Source of the DNA: Mobula hypostoma
Taxonomy: Eukaryota
Assembly (NCBI RefSeq): GCF_963921235.1
Contig: NC_086097.1
Location: 26,724,001 to 26,788,000 of the forward strand
DNA length: 64,000 nucleotides
Direction: 5' to 3'
The first letter of the stretch is position 1. Every line of letters starts with the position of its first letter. The position numbers and the translations under genes are program-made. Shown piece after piece: positions 63,835-64,000 of the stretch. The notes beneath the pieces are model-generated. The model ran no database searches and had not been told where the DNA came from. It was given only the letters and a program-made list of their open reading frames with translations.

Positions 63835-64000
63835 CTTTAACATCTGCCGGACGATGCTGAGGATGTTCTACGAGTCTGTGGTGGCCAGTGCTATCATGTT
63901 TGCTGTTGTGTGCTGGGGCAGCAGGCTGAGGGTGGCAGACACCATCAGAGTCAACAAACTCATTCGTAAGGTCAGTGACATTGTGGGGATGGAACTGGAC
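63835..64000 (+). mobile_element. Rex1/Babar RT C-terminal fragment, running off the window edge
   Basis: Reads ICRTMLRMFYESVVASAIMFAVVCWGSRLRVADTIRVNKLIRK. Confidence 0.8.

Overview
Eukaryotic, repeat-dominated intronic or intergenic DNA. By inference from the repeat complement it comes from a cartilaginous fish, probably a ray or skate. No intact host gene, rRNA, tRNA gene or CRISPR array is supported. Most of the window is a mosaic of CR1-clade LINEs (several subfamilies, including one young 2.75-kb copy with only two nonsense codons), Rex1/Babar LINE fragments, one L2, Penelope-like (GIY-YIG) retroelements, tRNA-derived V-SINE-like SINEs, Tigger/pogo DNA transposons and four solo LTRs with 4-bp TSDs. 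Many of these are nested, with readable target-site duplications. The most notable signals are: (i) minimal hammerhead-ribozyme motifs in the Penelope termini, with one fully intact core at 9670-9705 (-); (ii) a candidate 30-nt frame-preserving microexon at 13534-13563 (-); (iii) a twin-priming-type 5'-inverted CR1; (iv) fold-back Penelope ends; (v) a four-level TE nest; (vi) several repeat-free, homeodomain-site-rich islands that may be enhancers. Boundaries of old elements are approximate and read by eye. Most short ORFs in the track are TE fragments or antisense shadows.
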